Both the position numbers and the translations under genes were made by a program. Below are positions 14,301 through 27,334 of a DNA stretch of 64,000 nt, piece by piece (position 1 is the stretch's first letter; each line of letters starts with the position of its first letter). The stretch comes from Eledone cirrhosa (taxonomy: Eukaryota): NCBI GenBank assembly GCA_964016885.1, contig OZ024741.1, forward strand, positions 227,788,001-227,852,000. Direction: 5' to 3'. The notes under the pieces were generated by a model. It saw only the letters and a list, made by a program, of their open reading frames with translations. It did no database searches and was not told where the DNA came from.

Positions 14301-14345
14301 ATATATATATATATATATATATATAACGAAGGAAATGTGTGTGTG

Positions 14346-14397
<52 letters not shown>

Positions 14398-14439
14398 CAC
14401 ACACACACACATATACACATACATATATATAAACGTATA

Positions 14440-14527
14440 CCAACCAAAACCGAACAGTGAGTGTGTTTTATTATTATTTCTTCTGGCAATATCATAACAA
14501 TATGACCCTCCCCAAATATAACAATAT
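14440..14527 (+). mobile_element. PLE 3'-terminal fragment
   Basis: Ends ATGACCCTCCCAAATATAACAATAT, shared with 46130-46155 and, inverted, with 44354 and 63691. Confidence 0.6.
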
Positions 14528-14569
14528 ATACATTCATACATGGTCTTTCTAATAGCTAATACTCTCTAT

Positions 14570-14703
14570 CGGTCGCAATTCTAGGTAGAAGGAGCAACGT
14601 GAAATAAAGAGTCTTGCCCAAGGACTTAACACATCGCCTGGTCCAGGAATCGAACTCACAACCTCGGGATTGCGAATCCAATTCTTTAACAACTCAGCTA
14701 CGC
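14570..14703 (-). mobile_element. tRNA-derived SINE with CORE-like domain
   Basis: On minus: A box TAGCTGAGTTG, B box AGTTCGATTCC, then TCCTTGGGCAAG. Confidence 0.75.
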
Positions 14704-14718
14704 TGATATATATATATG

Positions 14719-14760
<42 letters not shown>

Positions 14761-14968
14761 CATATACATATATACATATACATGGGTGTGTTGGTGTGGG
14801 TGTGCATGTATGCGTGTCTGTGTATATTCGTGTGTGTATAGTGAGAGCCGGGTGGCGTTGAGGTAGGTTTGTGGACCTTTCACCATAAGGTAGTGGGTTC
14901 AATTATTGGACCGCGGAACGCGTTGTTCTCTTGAACATGTCATCTTCATATCACTCACACACACACGC

Positions 14969-15019
<51 letters not shown>

Positions 15020-15022
<3 letters not shown>

Positions 15023-15176
15023 AGAATTAGCCGTTGAAACGGCTTGAGCTCTGCCGTCTGGGTCATACTTTTTGCTATTACCCACTCTACTACCCTAAGT
15101 ATTGAGTACTCTGGTACGTTATGGACCATCTGGTACGTTATGGACCATCTGGTTCCTTACCACAACTCCTTCGTTA
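15020..15176 (+). mobile_element. Family K short element, non-palindromic copy, in (TA)n
   Basis: Homologous to 14174-14300, with an internal 20-nt tandem duplication. Confidence 0.75.
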
Positions 15177-15656
15177 TATATATCTATATATATATATATA
15201 TATACATATATTTATGTATGTGTGTGTGCGCGTATGTATAAATATATGAATGAAAGAACGTGTATGTATGTAGATAGGTAGCTAGATACGTATGTATAAT
15301 TCTGTAAACAGCTGTTTTCTTTAACTACACATGGAATTGCCAACATCCGAAATGACTGCATTTAATACGCAATACTCTTACACATACTCTCACAAATACA
15401 TATAATAATACACACACACACGCCATAATACAGACATTGCAAAGCACATACATGCCCTTTCAAATACACCATCATACACATCATTAGAGTTGCCGGTAAA
15501 AAATACGATCTGCCCTACTCGAATACTCTATCCTTTTTCTCTGTGTGCCTGTTTCTCTTTCTCTCTCTCTCTCTCCCTCTCTTTCTTTCCTCTCTCTCTC
15601 GCCCTCTCTCTCTCTATGTATATATAGGCGTGTGTGTGTGTGTGAGTATGTGTGTA

Positions 15657-15845
15657 TCCCGGGCTCAATCGAGGGTAACCACAGTAAGTAAGGTACTCAA
15701 TACATAGCAGAGTATAAATATTTAATATAGAATTGGTTTCTACAGGACTAGAACTGTCACATCCGAAGAAAATCATCAGGAAAGCTTTCCTGTTGATTTC
15801 CTTCGAATGAAACAATTCTAGTCCTATAGAAACCATTTCTATATT
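15657..15845. mobile_element. Family A PLE end: palindrome of two back-to-back degenerate hammerheads
   Basis: Palindrome 15724-15845 centred on GGAAAGCTTTCC. Each arm is homologous to the intact HHR at 30955-31005. Confidence 0.75.
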
Positions 15846-15975
15846 ATTTATATATATATATGTATATATATATATATGTGTGTATGTGTGTGTGTGTTCA
15901 CATATTTATGAACTATGTACGCATCTACCTATTTATCTGTATCTCTCTACACCTCTCCCCTTCCTCTTTATCTTT

Positions 15976-16027
<52 letters not shown>

Positions 16028-16324
16028 TTTCTCTTTCTAGCTCTCTCTTCCACTCCCACTGTCTCTCTCTCTGACGCGTGGATAATGCGGCCCTGTGTGG
16101 TTGGACATCGGAAAAATATGTGTTGGTCACGGCTAAAATGTGTTTCCTAATAGGTCATCATGATCACGATTCACCTGGGACTAAGCAACAACAATTCTTC
16201 CGTTATTCTGTCTTTCAATTCTCCAATTCTTTTATTCTCTTATCTCATTCAATGCTACCATAAACATGTATACGTTTATATATACTGTGATGCATGTAAA
16301 GAGATGTACTGATACAATCGTCAC

Positions 16325-16515
16325 ATAGAACGTCGGATATATTACTTTGCGGTATTCGTGCCGGTTTTCTCTGCTCTGAGTTCAACTCTTTTCGAGGTCA
16401 ACTTTACCTTTTATATTTTACAGATCGATAAAAAAAAAGTATCAGTCCTGTATTTGCGTCAATTCTTCCTCTATAACTCATTTTCACTACCTCTCTGTTA
16501 CTCTCTCTCTCTCTC

Positions 16516-16548
<33 letters not shown>

Positions 16549-17120
16549 CTCTTTCCCTCTCACTCTTTCTTTCCCCCTTCTCTCTTTCTTCCACTCCCCC
16601 TATCTCTCTCTCTTTCCTTTCCAGAAGGAATCGAATGTGTTCAGACCTGGAGAGTGCTGGCATCCATCAGGTTTCAAATACCGAACACATGCCATATATA
16701 TATCACTACGGCGTCCCTACGCCATCATAAACACGAATACATACTTATATGAGTGCATTATGTCACGGTGGATTGGCAGTATTGGTAGAGGGTCGGACGC
16801 CATGCTTTGCAAGCAAAGAGTCACAGCCCTTCAATTCTGAGTTCAAATTCCGCCGAGGTTCACTTTGCCTTTCATCCTTACGGGGTCGATAAAATAAAGT
16901 ACCAGTAATGCACTGGGTTTTTGCTGGCCTTATGCCAATAGTAGAAACAATTATGTAAGGCGGTGAGTTAACGCCGTTGTTAGAATGTCGGGTAGAACAC
17001 TTGGCGTTATTCGTAGACGGCTTTTGCGCTCTGATTTCAAATCTTGTCTTGGTCGGCTGAACTTTTCATTTTATCCTTTCGAGATCAATAAATAAAGTAC
17101 CACTCCTGTACTGGCATCGA
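16325..17120 (+). mobile_element. Cluster of three tRNA-derived MetaSINE-like copies (about 16325-16470, 16765-16952, 16958-17120)
   Basis: GAGTTCAAAT B box followed by CCGAGGT..ACTTTGCCTTTCATCCTT..GGGGTCGATAAAATAAAGTACCAG. Confidence 0.85.
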
Positions 17121-17129
17121 TATCCCCCC

Positions 17130-17199
<70 letters not shown>

Positions 17200-17552
17200 C
17201 TCCCTATTTCTCTCTCTTTCCCTCTGGGAGAAATCAGTTGTGTTCAGACCTGAAGAGGGTTAAATGCGATTTAATTAACAGTTAAAGGACCAGGATATAT
17301 TTGTATGTATACATATATATGTGGGAGACTTCATGTCTTTATGAGAGGGTGTGTATATGAATACATATCTGTGTGGGTGTGCGTGTATATATCGGAGTGT
17401 GTATAAGTATATGTACGTATATGTACATACGTGCTTCTATGTGCGTAGAGGCGTTTGTGTATGTTCATACGCAAGTTCATTTTTATGTGTATGTGTGTGG
17501 TTATGTGTCGGCATTTCTTTGTTTTTGTAAATGTGTCTATGTCTATGCGTTA

Positions 17553-17597
<45 letters not shown>

Positions 17598-17874
17598 GAA
17601 AATAAAGAAATTAATGTAAGCAAAATGCCAACAATAATTCAGACATATAAGTGACTATACCATCAAGATGAAACATTTTTTAATGTAAGATGAGGGAAAA
17701 GTAATACAATCTTAATTTAAAAGAAGAAAAACTTAACCCTCAATTTGGGGAAAACTACAAATGCACTATATAGTCTTAAAAGATTATTTCACGAAACTTT
17801 TCAGTGGGGTTAGTCATGTTTTGAGTCGCTCTTCAGTAGTGCTCAACCTATTAACTGGATACCCATTGCTAAAA

Positions 17875-17979
<105 letters not shown>

Positions 17980-18019
17980 AGGGAGTGTATATATCCATTC
18001 TGTCATTACTACAATAGAG

Positions 18020-18102
18020 GTCCGACGAGCTTTTGCTTCCAGAGCCGGGCCAGATCGATACAGATCGAACCTTGAGCTGATCAATAGCGAAACACGCGTC
18101 AC
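18020..18102 (+). ncRNA. Hammerhead-like motif with long stem II (family B)
   Basis: GT-CCGACGA-GCTTTTG...CAATAGC-GAAA-CACGCG-TC-AC. A second, internally deleted copy lies on minus at about 21905-22017. Confidence 0.55.
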
Positions 18103-18504
18103 AAATCAGTAAGCGTAATGAAGGCTTAACAAATCATCCTTGTGTTATTATATATATATATTCTATTGTTATATATATTCTATTGTTATATTTATATATT
18201 GTGTATATATATATATGCGAAAAGTAAACCGAAAACAGCAAAGCAAACAATACAGTACAATGAAGATATATAGGGGTCTAACATAGTAGCAAGTAGGCTT
18301 GACATAGCAAAAGAGTCTTAATGTTTGGGACACTAGTCCTATCAGAAGAAGATAGAGGATGAAAAGGAAGAAACGGAAAATATGTTTTTGGAGACAAAGC
18401 ACGTGTACACACACACACACAATCTCTCTCTCTCTCTCTCACAGACATAAACACACACACACACACACATATATATATATGTGTGTGTGTGTGTGTAAGT
18501 GTGT

Positions 18505-18630
18505 GTTTAATATAGAAATGGCTTCTGCAGGACTGGAACTGTTTCATTCAAAAGAAAGCCCTCGCCTTTCCTGGTGATTTCTTTTGAATTAAACAGTTCT
18601 AGTTATGTAGGAGCAATTTCTATATCAAAC
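18505..18630. mobile_element. Family A degenerate fold-back hammerhead element
   Basis: Imperfect palindrome homologous to 15724-15845 and 30955-31005. Confidence 0.65.
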
Positions 18631-18698
18631 ATGATATATATATATATATTCACCCACATCTATATAGCACTTTATATATAGTCACCTGTGCACACACG

Positions 18699-18737
<39 letters not shown>

Positions 18738-18911
18738 TATGGCAGAATGTTTAGGGGCTCCGCTTGGTCGTCATCAGGTCACAGATTCGACCCACCGCAA
18801 GGCATCTTTCACAAGTGTCGTTTAACATACACTTGTCGTTTAACATAGCCTCGGGTCAACCGATGTCTTGTGAGTTAAATTGGGTACACAGAAACTATTT
18901 GGAAGCCCGTC
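18738..18911 (+). mobile_element. Second tRNA-derived SINE family, decayed
   Basis: A/B-box-like head and 3' part CTTGTGAG...GAAACT...GAAGCCCGTC. Related fragments near 28980-29100 (+) and 53590-53640 (-). Confidence 0.6.
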
Positions 18912-20744
18912 TGATTGAACCAGCCTTGTCGCAAACTGTTTCACAATTAATCTCCGTGAGAATTACGTTAAGGATACTCGTGTCCTAGGGATACTCAGCC
19001 ACTTAATATTAGGCTGTTCCGTTGATCAAACGTATCGTCGAAACTGTATATACAGTCATCTGAATGTATATACAAGCACACATATATATATACCGTTTTA
19101 TTTAGATATGTACACACTCGAGTGTGTACATATGCCACCATGAAAATACACCCATTCACAAATGCACACATTAATCTAAACAATAGAGTATGTCAGCAAA
19201 GCACTGTGTGCTGATGTGTGCGAGTGTGTGCTGGTGTCTGTGTGTGTGTGTGTATTACGGTGTCCAGACTGTATACAAAGTTACCTCAAATGACATACAT
19301 CAATTTAATTTGTGGTGCATCAAGTGTATAAGTGTGTTTTGCAATCACCTCTACCTAATCTTCCCCATCACTTTCTTACCCCATTTCCACTTTGTTCGTT
19401 TTGAGTGTCTATATTAGTCTACCTGCCTGACTCTCTCTCTCTCTATCTCCCTCACTCTCTCTCTTTCTATATATGTACATGTATATATATATATATATGA
19501 GAGAAATCTATATCGTCCTAATTCGTTTACTCCCAGCTGCTCAGCAGGTGTACAGGCGAAGCTCATTAATTAAAACACGTGGAGGAAGTTTCTCACTATA
19601 TACTATCCTCACTTTTAGGTTTCTACTCATAAAACGTCAATGCGTTTCCTAGATCTGCTAGAAAGAACAGCCATTATCCCTCACGTGACACCCAGCCATC
19701 TAAGAAAAAAAGGAAGGACATTTGGTCAAAATATTCATAGATATACAACAAAGTTTGTTGGTCATGGCTGAAATACCTGCAAGGATAAATCTTCTCGACC
19801 AGGACTGACCTAGAAACTAATCAATACTAAAACGTCACCTGTTAGCGCAGATGTCTCTATGATCAAATGCGTTCTACCTGTGACCATCCCCTCTTTTTTT
19901 TATTATATCTAAGCATACATTATCCAATGTTTCCATCAGTCATTGAGATAGTACGGTGTGGGTTGTTTCATATTTGGTTGTTTCCAATAGGCAGACCTAC
20001 AACGTAGAAGGATATCTTGTTAGCCTTTTCTCAATTACGGGGATAAATGCGCCATATTTTTTACTTGTTACAATTTCATCTACACTCTACAAAACTATTT
20101 TCCACCTGTTTGACCCAAATCTGGATAAGATCGCCATCTGTGAAACGCCGGGTTATTGAGACAACGAACGATCCCATTACCAGGTCTGATAGAGAAAGCT
20201 GTCAAATCTCCCTTGAATTACACTCTAGCATCTTAGAAAGAACGACACATTAAATAATACGATGTTGGCTGCATTGTATCTATGGAAAAGGTGGGATGGT
20301 GAAACTTGGAATTCCTTTGATTATAGGCATGTTATTGTATACATACATATATATAATTCATTATACACACAATAGTGTATGAATTATATATTTATTAACA
20401 GAATGTATTGAGAGATGTATATACACACAATAGATCACATGTATGCTCGTATACACACAATAGATTACATTAAATGCTGTCTGTGAAAGTACATATTTAT
20501 GGACACTGTGTATATAAATGTATAAACAAAGCAGATCACATGTATGTTTACATATACACACACAATAGGTTACATAATATGTTGTGTGTAAAACTATAAG
20601 CAGATTATATATAAAAATATATTTGCAAAAGATCAAATGTGTCTATATATACACAAATGTGCATGCGGTGTGCAACATATTATATACTTATTAATTGAAT
20701 ATAAATAATGGTATATATATACATATAAGTAGAAGTGGTATTTA

Positions 20745-21062
20745 ATTTGTTGGAAGTCCGACAAATATAAATGTTTATAACTGATTTAGAGCACTCAACA
20801 AATTATTGGAGTAAATATTCAATGATATTAAATAAATGGAAACTATATTTATAAAACCATATTTATTTTATTATATATATTTCAAGGACAACCAGTGAAT
20901 TTCAAACCGATAAAGTATGATTTTCATGGGTATCTCTCTATTTATAAAACAAACTTTGTATTTTATCTGATGAAAGCGTACTAATATTGTCTTGGTTGCC
21001 CTTGAAATATATATAATAAAATAAATATGGTTTTATAAATATAGTTTCCATTTATTTAATAT

Positions 21063-21067
<5 letters not shown>
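20745..21067. mobile_element. Family C PLE end with inverted repeat (arms about 20820-20894 and 20993-21067)
   Basis: The arms are reverse complements. A second copy lies at 26942-27150. Confidence 0.75.
20959..21023 (+). ncRNA. Minimal type I hammerhead ribozyme (family C)
   Basis: Stem I TATTTTAT/ATAAAATA (8 bp), CTGATGA at 20967-20973, stem II AAG.../...CTT, GAAA at 21004-21007, palindromic stem III ATATATAT. Confidence 0.8.
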
Positions 21068-21118
<51 letters not shown>

Positions 21119-21537
21119 ATGTATATATATATATACATATATATATATATAAATATACATATATTTACATATATATACATATATACATATGTATATATAA
21201 ATATATACATGTGCGTGTATACGCACAAAATAATCACGTGTGTAGTATATATACATGTAATCAATAACATCATATTCTGCGTGGTATACTGTACAGTTAA
21301 CGCTAATCATATGTTGTCAAAGTAATACTAAATGATCTATGTACCCGAATCTACATAAATGTATGTACACATACAACATCTACATTGACAGTGGGTATTC
21401 TAAGAAGAATTGAATTAAAACTGTTTGCACACACAGACGTGATTAAGTAGTTCCCATACAATCCTTCTTCACAATTCTATCCCTTATTTCAACGTTCCCC
21501 GTTCATGTTTGAGTTCATCAGCTGTTCATCATATATT

Positions 21538-21723
21538 ATTGGATTGGCAGTATCGGTAGAGCGTCAGACAACATGCTTTACAGCATAGAGTTATTGCCCT
21601 TTACGTTATGAGTTCAAATACCGCCGAGGTTAACTTTGCCTTTCATCCTTACAGGGTCGATAAAATAAAGTACCAGTAATACACTGGGTTAATTGCTGGC
21701 CTTGTGCCAAAAGTAGAAACAAT
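21538..21723 (+). mobile_element. MetaSINE-like SINE
   Basis: Same family as 36110-36332. Confidence 0.88.
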
Positions 21724-22046
21724 TGTATATTATTCCATCTGCTATATCAAGCGTTAACGTTTCGGATGCTAGTCCTTCTCCAGAAGAAAGAATGAGAAAT
21801 AAGATAGATTGAAGGGAAGAGCGGGTTTGAATTGGAAAAGATGTCTTTAGATAAAAATAACTGGTCCATTCATGCTGACATCTCTTGGAAAGCTGTTGGT
21901 GCTGAAGGACGATTTGTTAAGCCTTCATTACGTTTATTGATTGGTGATACGCGTTTCGCTATTGATCAGCTCAAGGTTCGATCTGTATCGATCTCTGCTG
22001 TTGTAATGACAGAATGAACATATATATATAATATGTATAACAAATG

Positions 22047-22093
<47 letters not shown>

Positions 22094-22130
22094 AGTAAGA
22101 ATATTTTCGAAAAGAGCGAGCGGGTTTGAA

Positions 22131-22454
22131 ATTATTAGAAATGTAAGCTATCGCCGTATTTTGACTAAAGAAATTAAAGAAATTATTTAGCCTGATAGTG
22201 GGGTTAAGAACCCTCGGAGAAATGGAAAAAGATAAGTATTGACCACTGTGCTACCATTTACACCAACACATCACATGTGTTGGTGTAAATGGTAGCACAG
22301 TGGTCCGGATAACCAAAGATGTGGGTTCGACTCCCATGTACGTCAATACTCATCTTTTTCCATTTCTCCGAGGGTTCTTAACCCCACTATCAGGCTAAAT
22401 AATTTTTTTAATTTCTTTAGTCAAAATACGGCGATAGCTTACATTTCTAATAAT
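22131..22454. mobile_element. Fold-back element with a tRNA-like head in the right arm
   Basis: Arms 22131-22243 and 22342-22454 are reverse complements. An inner hairpin at about 22243-22303 is centred near 22273. Confidence 0.8.
22272..22345 (+). pseudogene. tRNA-like cloverleaf (tRNA pseudogene or SINE head)
   Basis: D arm GTGT-AAATGGTA-GCAC, anticodon arm TGGT-CCGGATA-ACCA lacking U33, T arm GTGGG-TTCGACT-CCCAT, decayed acceptor stem. Confidence 0.7.
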
Positions 22455-22503
22455 ATATATATACAAATCATATGCAGGCCTGTGAATAGTGTGACTGCGT
22501 AAG

Positions 22504-22549
<46 letters not shown>

Positions 22550-22728
22550 ATAATAATACTATTTATAGTTATGTATATAGTATAAACAACTATAAACAGG
22601 AAGGTCAGTAATTTCTTAATTACCTTATTACCAGTAAGAGGAATAGCTCAATGTATGAACATCAGTTGTTTTACAGAGCAGTTAAATAAATAAGTTATAC
22701 AATTATCAAAGTTGTGTTCAAATCATTT

Positions 22729-22780
22729 AATAGCTGACAATCGTTTCTTCCAAACTCTCGTTTGGAATCATCGGAGCATT
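22729..22780 (-). ncRNA. Minimal hammerhead ribozyme (family D)
   Basis: On minus: GCT-CCGATGA-TTCCAAAC-GAGA-GTTTGGAA-GAAA-CGATTG-TC-AGC. Perfect 8-bp stem II. Confidence 0.8.
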
Positions 22781-23697
22781 ATCAATGTTTGCACATATAA
22801 TTAACCCTCCTATAATATCGACACATATAAATTGATGTTATGAGCAACAGTTTCGTATTTACAGGGTGGAATGGATGTGACATATATTTTACGAGAATTG
22901 TACAGTAATTGTACAAACATTCAAGTTCAAATTCAAATCAAAATTAAAATTAAAATCAAAATCAAAATCAAAAGCACGGAGTGGAATACATGCAACAGTT
23001 AAAACAAGGGATTAGACCAAATATTAAAGAGGCATTGAGGAAGCAGTTTTGAGAAAGGAAGAGTGCGATAACAAATCATATGCAGGCCTGTGAATAGTGT
23101 GACTGCGTAAGTCATATACATGAGAAGGAGACAAGCAAAGCTATTATGCATATATAGATGAATAAATACTGCAGTTGAAGCAAATATGTTAATGTATTAG
23201 AGTCTATGGTGGGTGTTGAATGTTGATGGTGTTTGAATTAATGTGTGTTGAGAAACATACAGTTTTTGCATACTTTCCCATGACATATGTTGAATTAAAT
23301 TTCAGTTAATGTTTATATTGAGTGTTTTAAGTTAGTTAGAGCAATGGATTGTAAATTAGTCTTAATGAATTCATATTCATAGACTATATTTGATCAACCG
23401 TTAAATTTTCAATCGTTAATTTCCGGAAGTGAATAAGGGGAGCTCATTGTTTTAACTGTTGCATGTATTCCACTCCGTGCTTTTGATTTTGATTTTGATT
23501 TTGATTTTTATTTTAATTTTAATATTGACTTGAATTTGAACTTGAATGTTTGTACAATTATTGTACAATTCTCGTAAAATATATGTCACATCCATTCCAC
23601 CCTGTAAATACGAAACTGTTGCTCACAACATCAATTTATATGTGTCTATATTATTGTTCTGTTGAATAGGAGGGTAATTATATGTGCAAAAATTGAT

Positions 23698-23749
23698 AAT
23701 GCTCCGATGACACCAAACGAGAGTTTGGAAGAAACGATTGTCAGCTATT
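23698..23749 (+). ncRNA. Minimal hammerhead ribozyme (family D, inverted copy)
   Basis: GCT-CCGATGA-CACCAAAC-GAGA-GTTTGGAA-GAAA-CGATTG-TC-AGC. Confidence 0.72.
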
Positions 23750-23829
23750 AAATTTGATAATTGTATAATTTATTTATATATATATACATGGAAAAGAATG
23801 AAACGAAATTTCATTTCTCACTCTTAGTG

Positions 23830-23870
23830 CGATGCTGACGATAGCTAATAAGCTTGAAACTAGTACATCG
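23830..23870 (+). ncRNA. Minimal hammerhead ribozyme (family E)
   Basis: CGATG-CTGACGA-T-AGCT-AATA-AGCT-T-GAAA-CTAG-TA-CATCG. Palindromic stem III ACTAGT. Confidence 0.82.
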
Positions 23871-24248
23871 TTCCTGTATCAGTGTTGAACAAAAGGGCGA
23901 CGATGGTTACCGAGCACAGTACGGCGTAATTCGGGCTGTTTGTTTACAAACAAACCGAACATTATAATAAATGTTCGGTAAACCGATACGTACATATATG
24001 TATGTGTGTGTGTATGTATGTATATACGTACTACTGTGCGTCTGTACACATATATGTATGTACGTATACATACTTATATATATATATACAGTTATATATA
24101 TATATACAGTTATATATATATATACAGTTATATATATATATATACAGTTATATATATATATTTATATAAATATAAACATATATTTATATATACATATACA
24201 CATACATACATACATACATATACACACACACAAAATATATATATATAT

Positions 24249-24328
<80 letters not shown>

Positions 24329-24820
24329 AAGTTTAAAGTCTGTCCCAAGCTAGGAGGCTCATCAGGCTGGTGTTTTTCACGGTTCCCGAGGCGTTAATTG
24401 ACTGGGAGTACCTGTCCTCTGGACGTCTTTCTATCGCACAGTTAAACCCCCAGCTATTGCTGGGACTCTTTTTAAGCTGAGTATACTGGAGCAACTTAAA
24501 ATGAAAAGTTTTGCCCAAGAACACAACACACAACCCAGTCCAGGCGTTGAACCCACGACATTATGATCGTATGTCTAACACCCTTACTACTAATAGATGG
24601 ATTTATGTAAAGGGTGAAATCCCCACCACTATTACACATACTCCTACTGTTACTCTTCAAAATGATACCTAAACTCATGATGAAAATGTATGTGTACATT
24701 TAAGCGCGTGTATGTATGATCAATTGTGCACTGATTAGATGTATACAGTGTGTGTGTGTGTGTGTGTGTGTGTGCGTCCGTGTGTGAGTAAATGTGTAAG
24801 ACAGAAAGTGAGAGAGAGAA

Positions 24821-24880
<60 letters not shown>

Positions 24881-25864
24881 TGAGAGAGAGAATAAAAAAA
24901 AAGAGAGAGAGAGAGAGAAAGAGAGAAGTTAGCAGAATTGTGCTTGTTCTTAATTAACGCATATTCGATTTAATAGAACACAGTTGGACTTCTCTTGAAA
25001 CGTAGCACAGATATAAAAAAAATTTTTTAAAAACATTTATAGTATAGCAATGTTTAAAGCCCTGTCCTAGAGATACATGCTCAATATGAATAGCATATTT
25101 CATAATTCAATAGTGTAATAGCTATTTCATGAACATAAATAGGAACACAGGATTAAGTAGAAGTGAAAACAGTTTTAATTAAGCTGGAACTATTACTAAT
25201 ACTAATAGTTTATATATTTTCCTATAAAATGTTTTAATTCTTAAAAGAAATGACATTAAGAAATGACATTGCGATAAATCTTAACGTCGTGACATTAGAT
25301 GTCTAAGCATCATAGCTTCAGAAATTCTGAATACTGTCCTGACTGCTTCCAAGGAACCACAATATTTTTTTGGTTTTATTAACTAAATAGATTGGTGGGT
25401 TAGTAGGGAGGGGCTTTTAATGCTTCAGCAGCCTGAATAAAATTGGTCATAAGGACTGAAGGATTTCTTCCCATATCCGTGCTGCTCTTAAAACTCGCTT
25501 CTGATGGACAGCAGAGAAGATTTTAAGTGTGGAATATCTTTTCCATGTTGTTATTGCCCGAATCATCATTAATACAAGGACAATTTTATACTAGACCACT
25601 CGTAACTCGTTGGTTCACATTCACTTTTTCAAAATATTTAAAAAAATCATGTTCATTTAAAAATAATTTTTTAAATAATTAAAATATACACAGACATGTA
25701 TATAATGTGAAACGAAACTGGAAGGCCCATATATATATACGTGTGTGTATGTATATATATAAATGTGTGTGTGTGTATACATATATATACAAGTGTGTGT
25801 GTGTGTGTGTATATATATATGTGGGTGTCTGATCTATAGACACACACACGCACATATATACACT

Positions 25865-25900
<36 letters not shown>

Positions 25901-26960
25901 CACCACCAGCAGCTCTCTTCCATTCTCCTTATCTCTCTCCTCTCCCTCTCGCTATGTCTCTCTTTCAATCCACTCTGTCACAACCACTATCTTTTTCTCT
26001 CTATCTTTCTCTCTCGGGAACACGTTCTCTGATTTAAGTGAAACTTGTTTTATTCCATTTGTATTCCCATTTCAGAGTCAACTTCCTTTCACAGTATTTT
26101 CCCATTATGTGCCCTTTCTGACTGTATTACTTTGCAAAGAAGCAAGCAAGTAAGCAATCACAGAGTTTTAGTAGTATATAGATAGAAACAGAAAAACTGT
26201 AAGCTTGAAATATGATTGCAACTGAAAGGCAAAAGAAAGACACAAATATAAACACCGAAGGAGTTAAAAATCTGAACAGTGAGTGTTTAATTCGAGTTGC
26301 ACAAGATAATCAATATATATCAACAAACCGTATAGATCGGGAGTTAAAATTAACTGAAAGAATAGGTGATGGATAGAGTTAGAGAGATAGAAAGGATGAG
26401 AGACAAATAAAACTAAAAATAAAAGAGAGAAGGAAAACCAGCAGAGTAGAAGTATAATATTGTAATACTAGGAGATAAGATAAAGAAGGTGATGGCTACA
26501 TCGAAAACAAAGAAAGGAAGTTGAAAATATGATAATTATTAGAAAGACTGACCTAAAGAATTATGGGAGAGTTGAGATATATACACAAAGATTTGAAATA
26601 CATAATAGATTGTGGCTGTTTTGAGCTCTTCATATTCTTGAAACAAGAATCCAGTTAACTAGAGATTTTATAAAATAAAGTGTAAAGCGTAATTTATGTT
26701 CGCATAAAAACACAAATTCGTCCTAAATGAGCCTCTACCTCATAATGTAAAGTAGTTGCTGCCATGAAAACCAAACAATTAACGAGTTTATTGACGAAAA
26801 TGCACATACCGTTCGAACCTAAGATCAATCAAACGCTCTACGTACTGTGTGTGTATGTATCAAGAACATTCCAGTATATATATATATATATATCCAGCGA
26901 ACCTCCAACCGTCAAGGTTGTTCTTCTGCGGGTATGTTAACATTTATAAAACAAATTTTG

Positions 26961-27026
26961 TATTTTATCTGATGAAAGCGCACCAAAATTTGCCTTGGTT
27001 GCCCTTGAAATATATATAATAAAATA
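26961..27026 (+). ncRNA. Minimal hammerhead ribozyme (family C, copy 2)
   Basis: TATTTTAT-CTGATGA-AAGCGCACCAA...TTGGTTGCCCTT-GAAA-TATATA-TA-ATAAAATA. Confidence 0.8.
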
Positions 27027-27334
27027 ATTATGGTTTTATAAATATAGTTTCCATTTATTAATATAATGAATAATTACTCCACTAAATTGTTGAGTGCTTT
27101 ATATCAGTTATAAAACTTTTAAGTTTGTTGAATTCCAGCAAATTAAATATAACCTTTGCATATATATATATGTATGTATGTTTGTATATATATATATATG
27201 CGTGTTACTGAGGAAACCGACCATTCATTGTTTCGACTTTAGAACATAACGAGTGGATGGGACGCATACAGAAAGACAAACATTGACAAATAAATATATA
27301 AGATACACACACATACTATATATATATATATATA

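Larger units (their letters stand above)
22463..23778. mobile_element. Family D PLE pseudo-LTR relic with inverted arms (about 22688-23007 and 23447-23776) and a short direct repeat
   Basis: The arms are reverse complements and each carries an HHR. 22463-22510 is repeated at about 23071-23118. Confidence 0.8.

Noticed and set aside
22272-22345. Functional tRNA gene
   Set aside because: The anticodon loop lacks U33 and purine 37, and the acceptor stem is mismatched.
26090-26640. Purine-rich stretch that may be a decayed retroelement
   Set aside because: No motif could be read with confidence.
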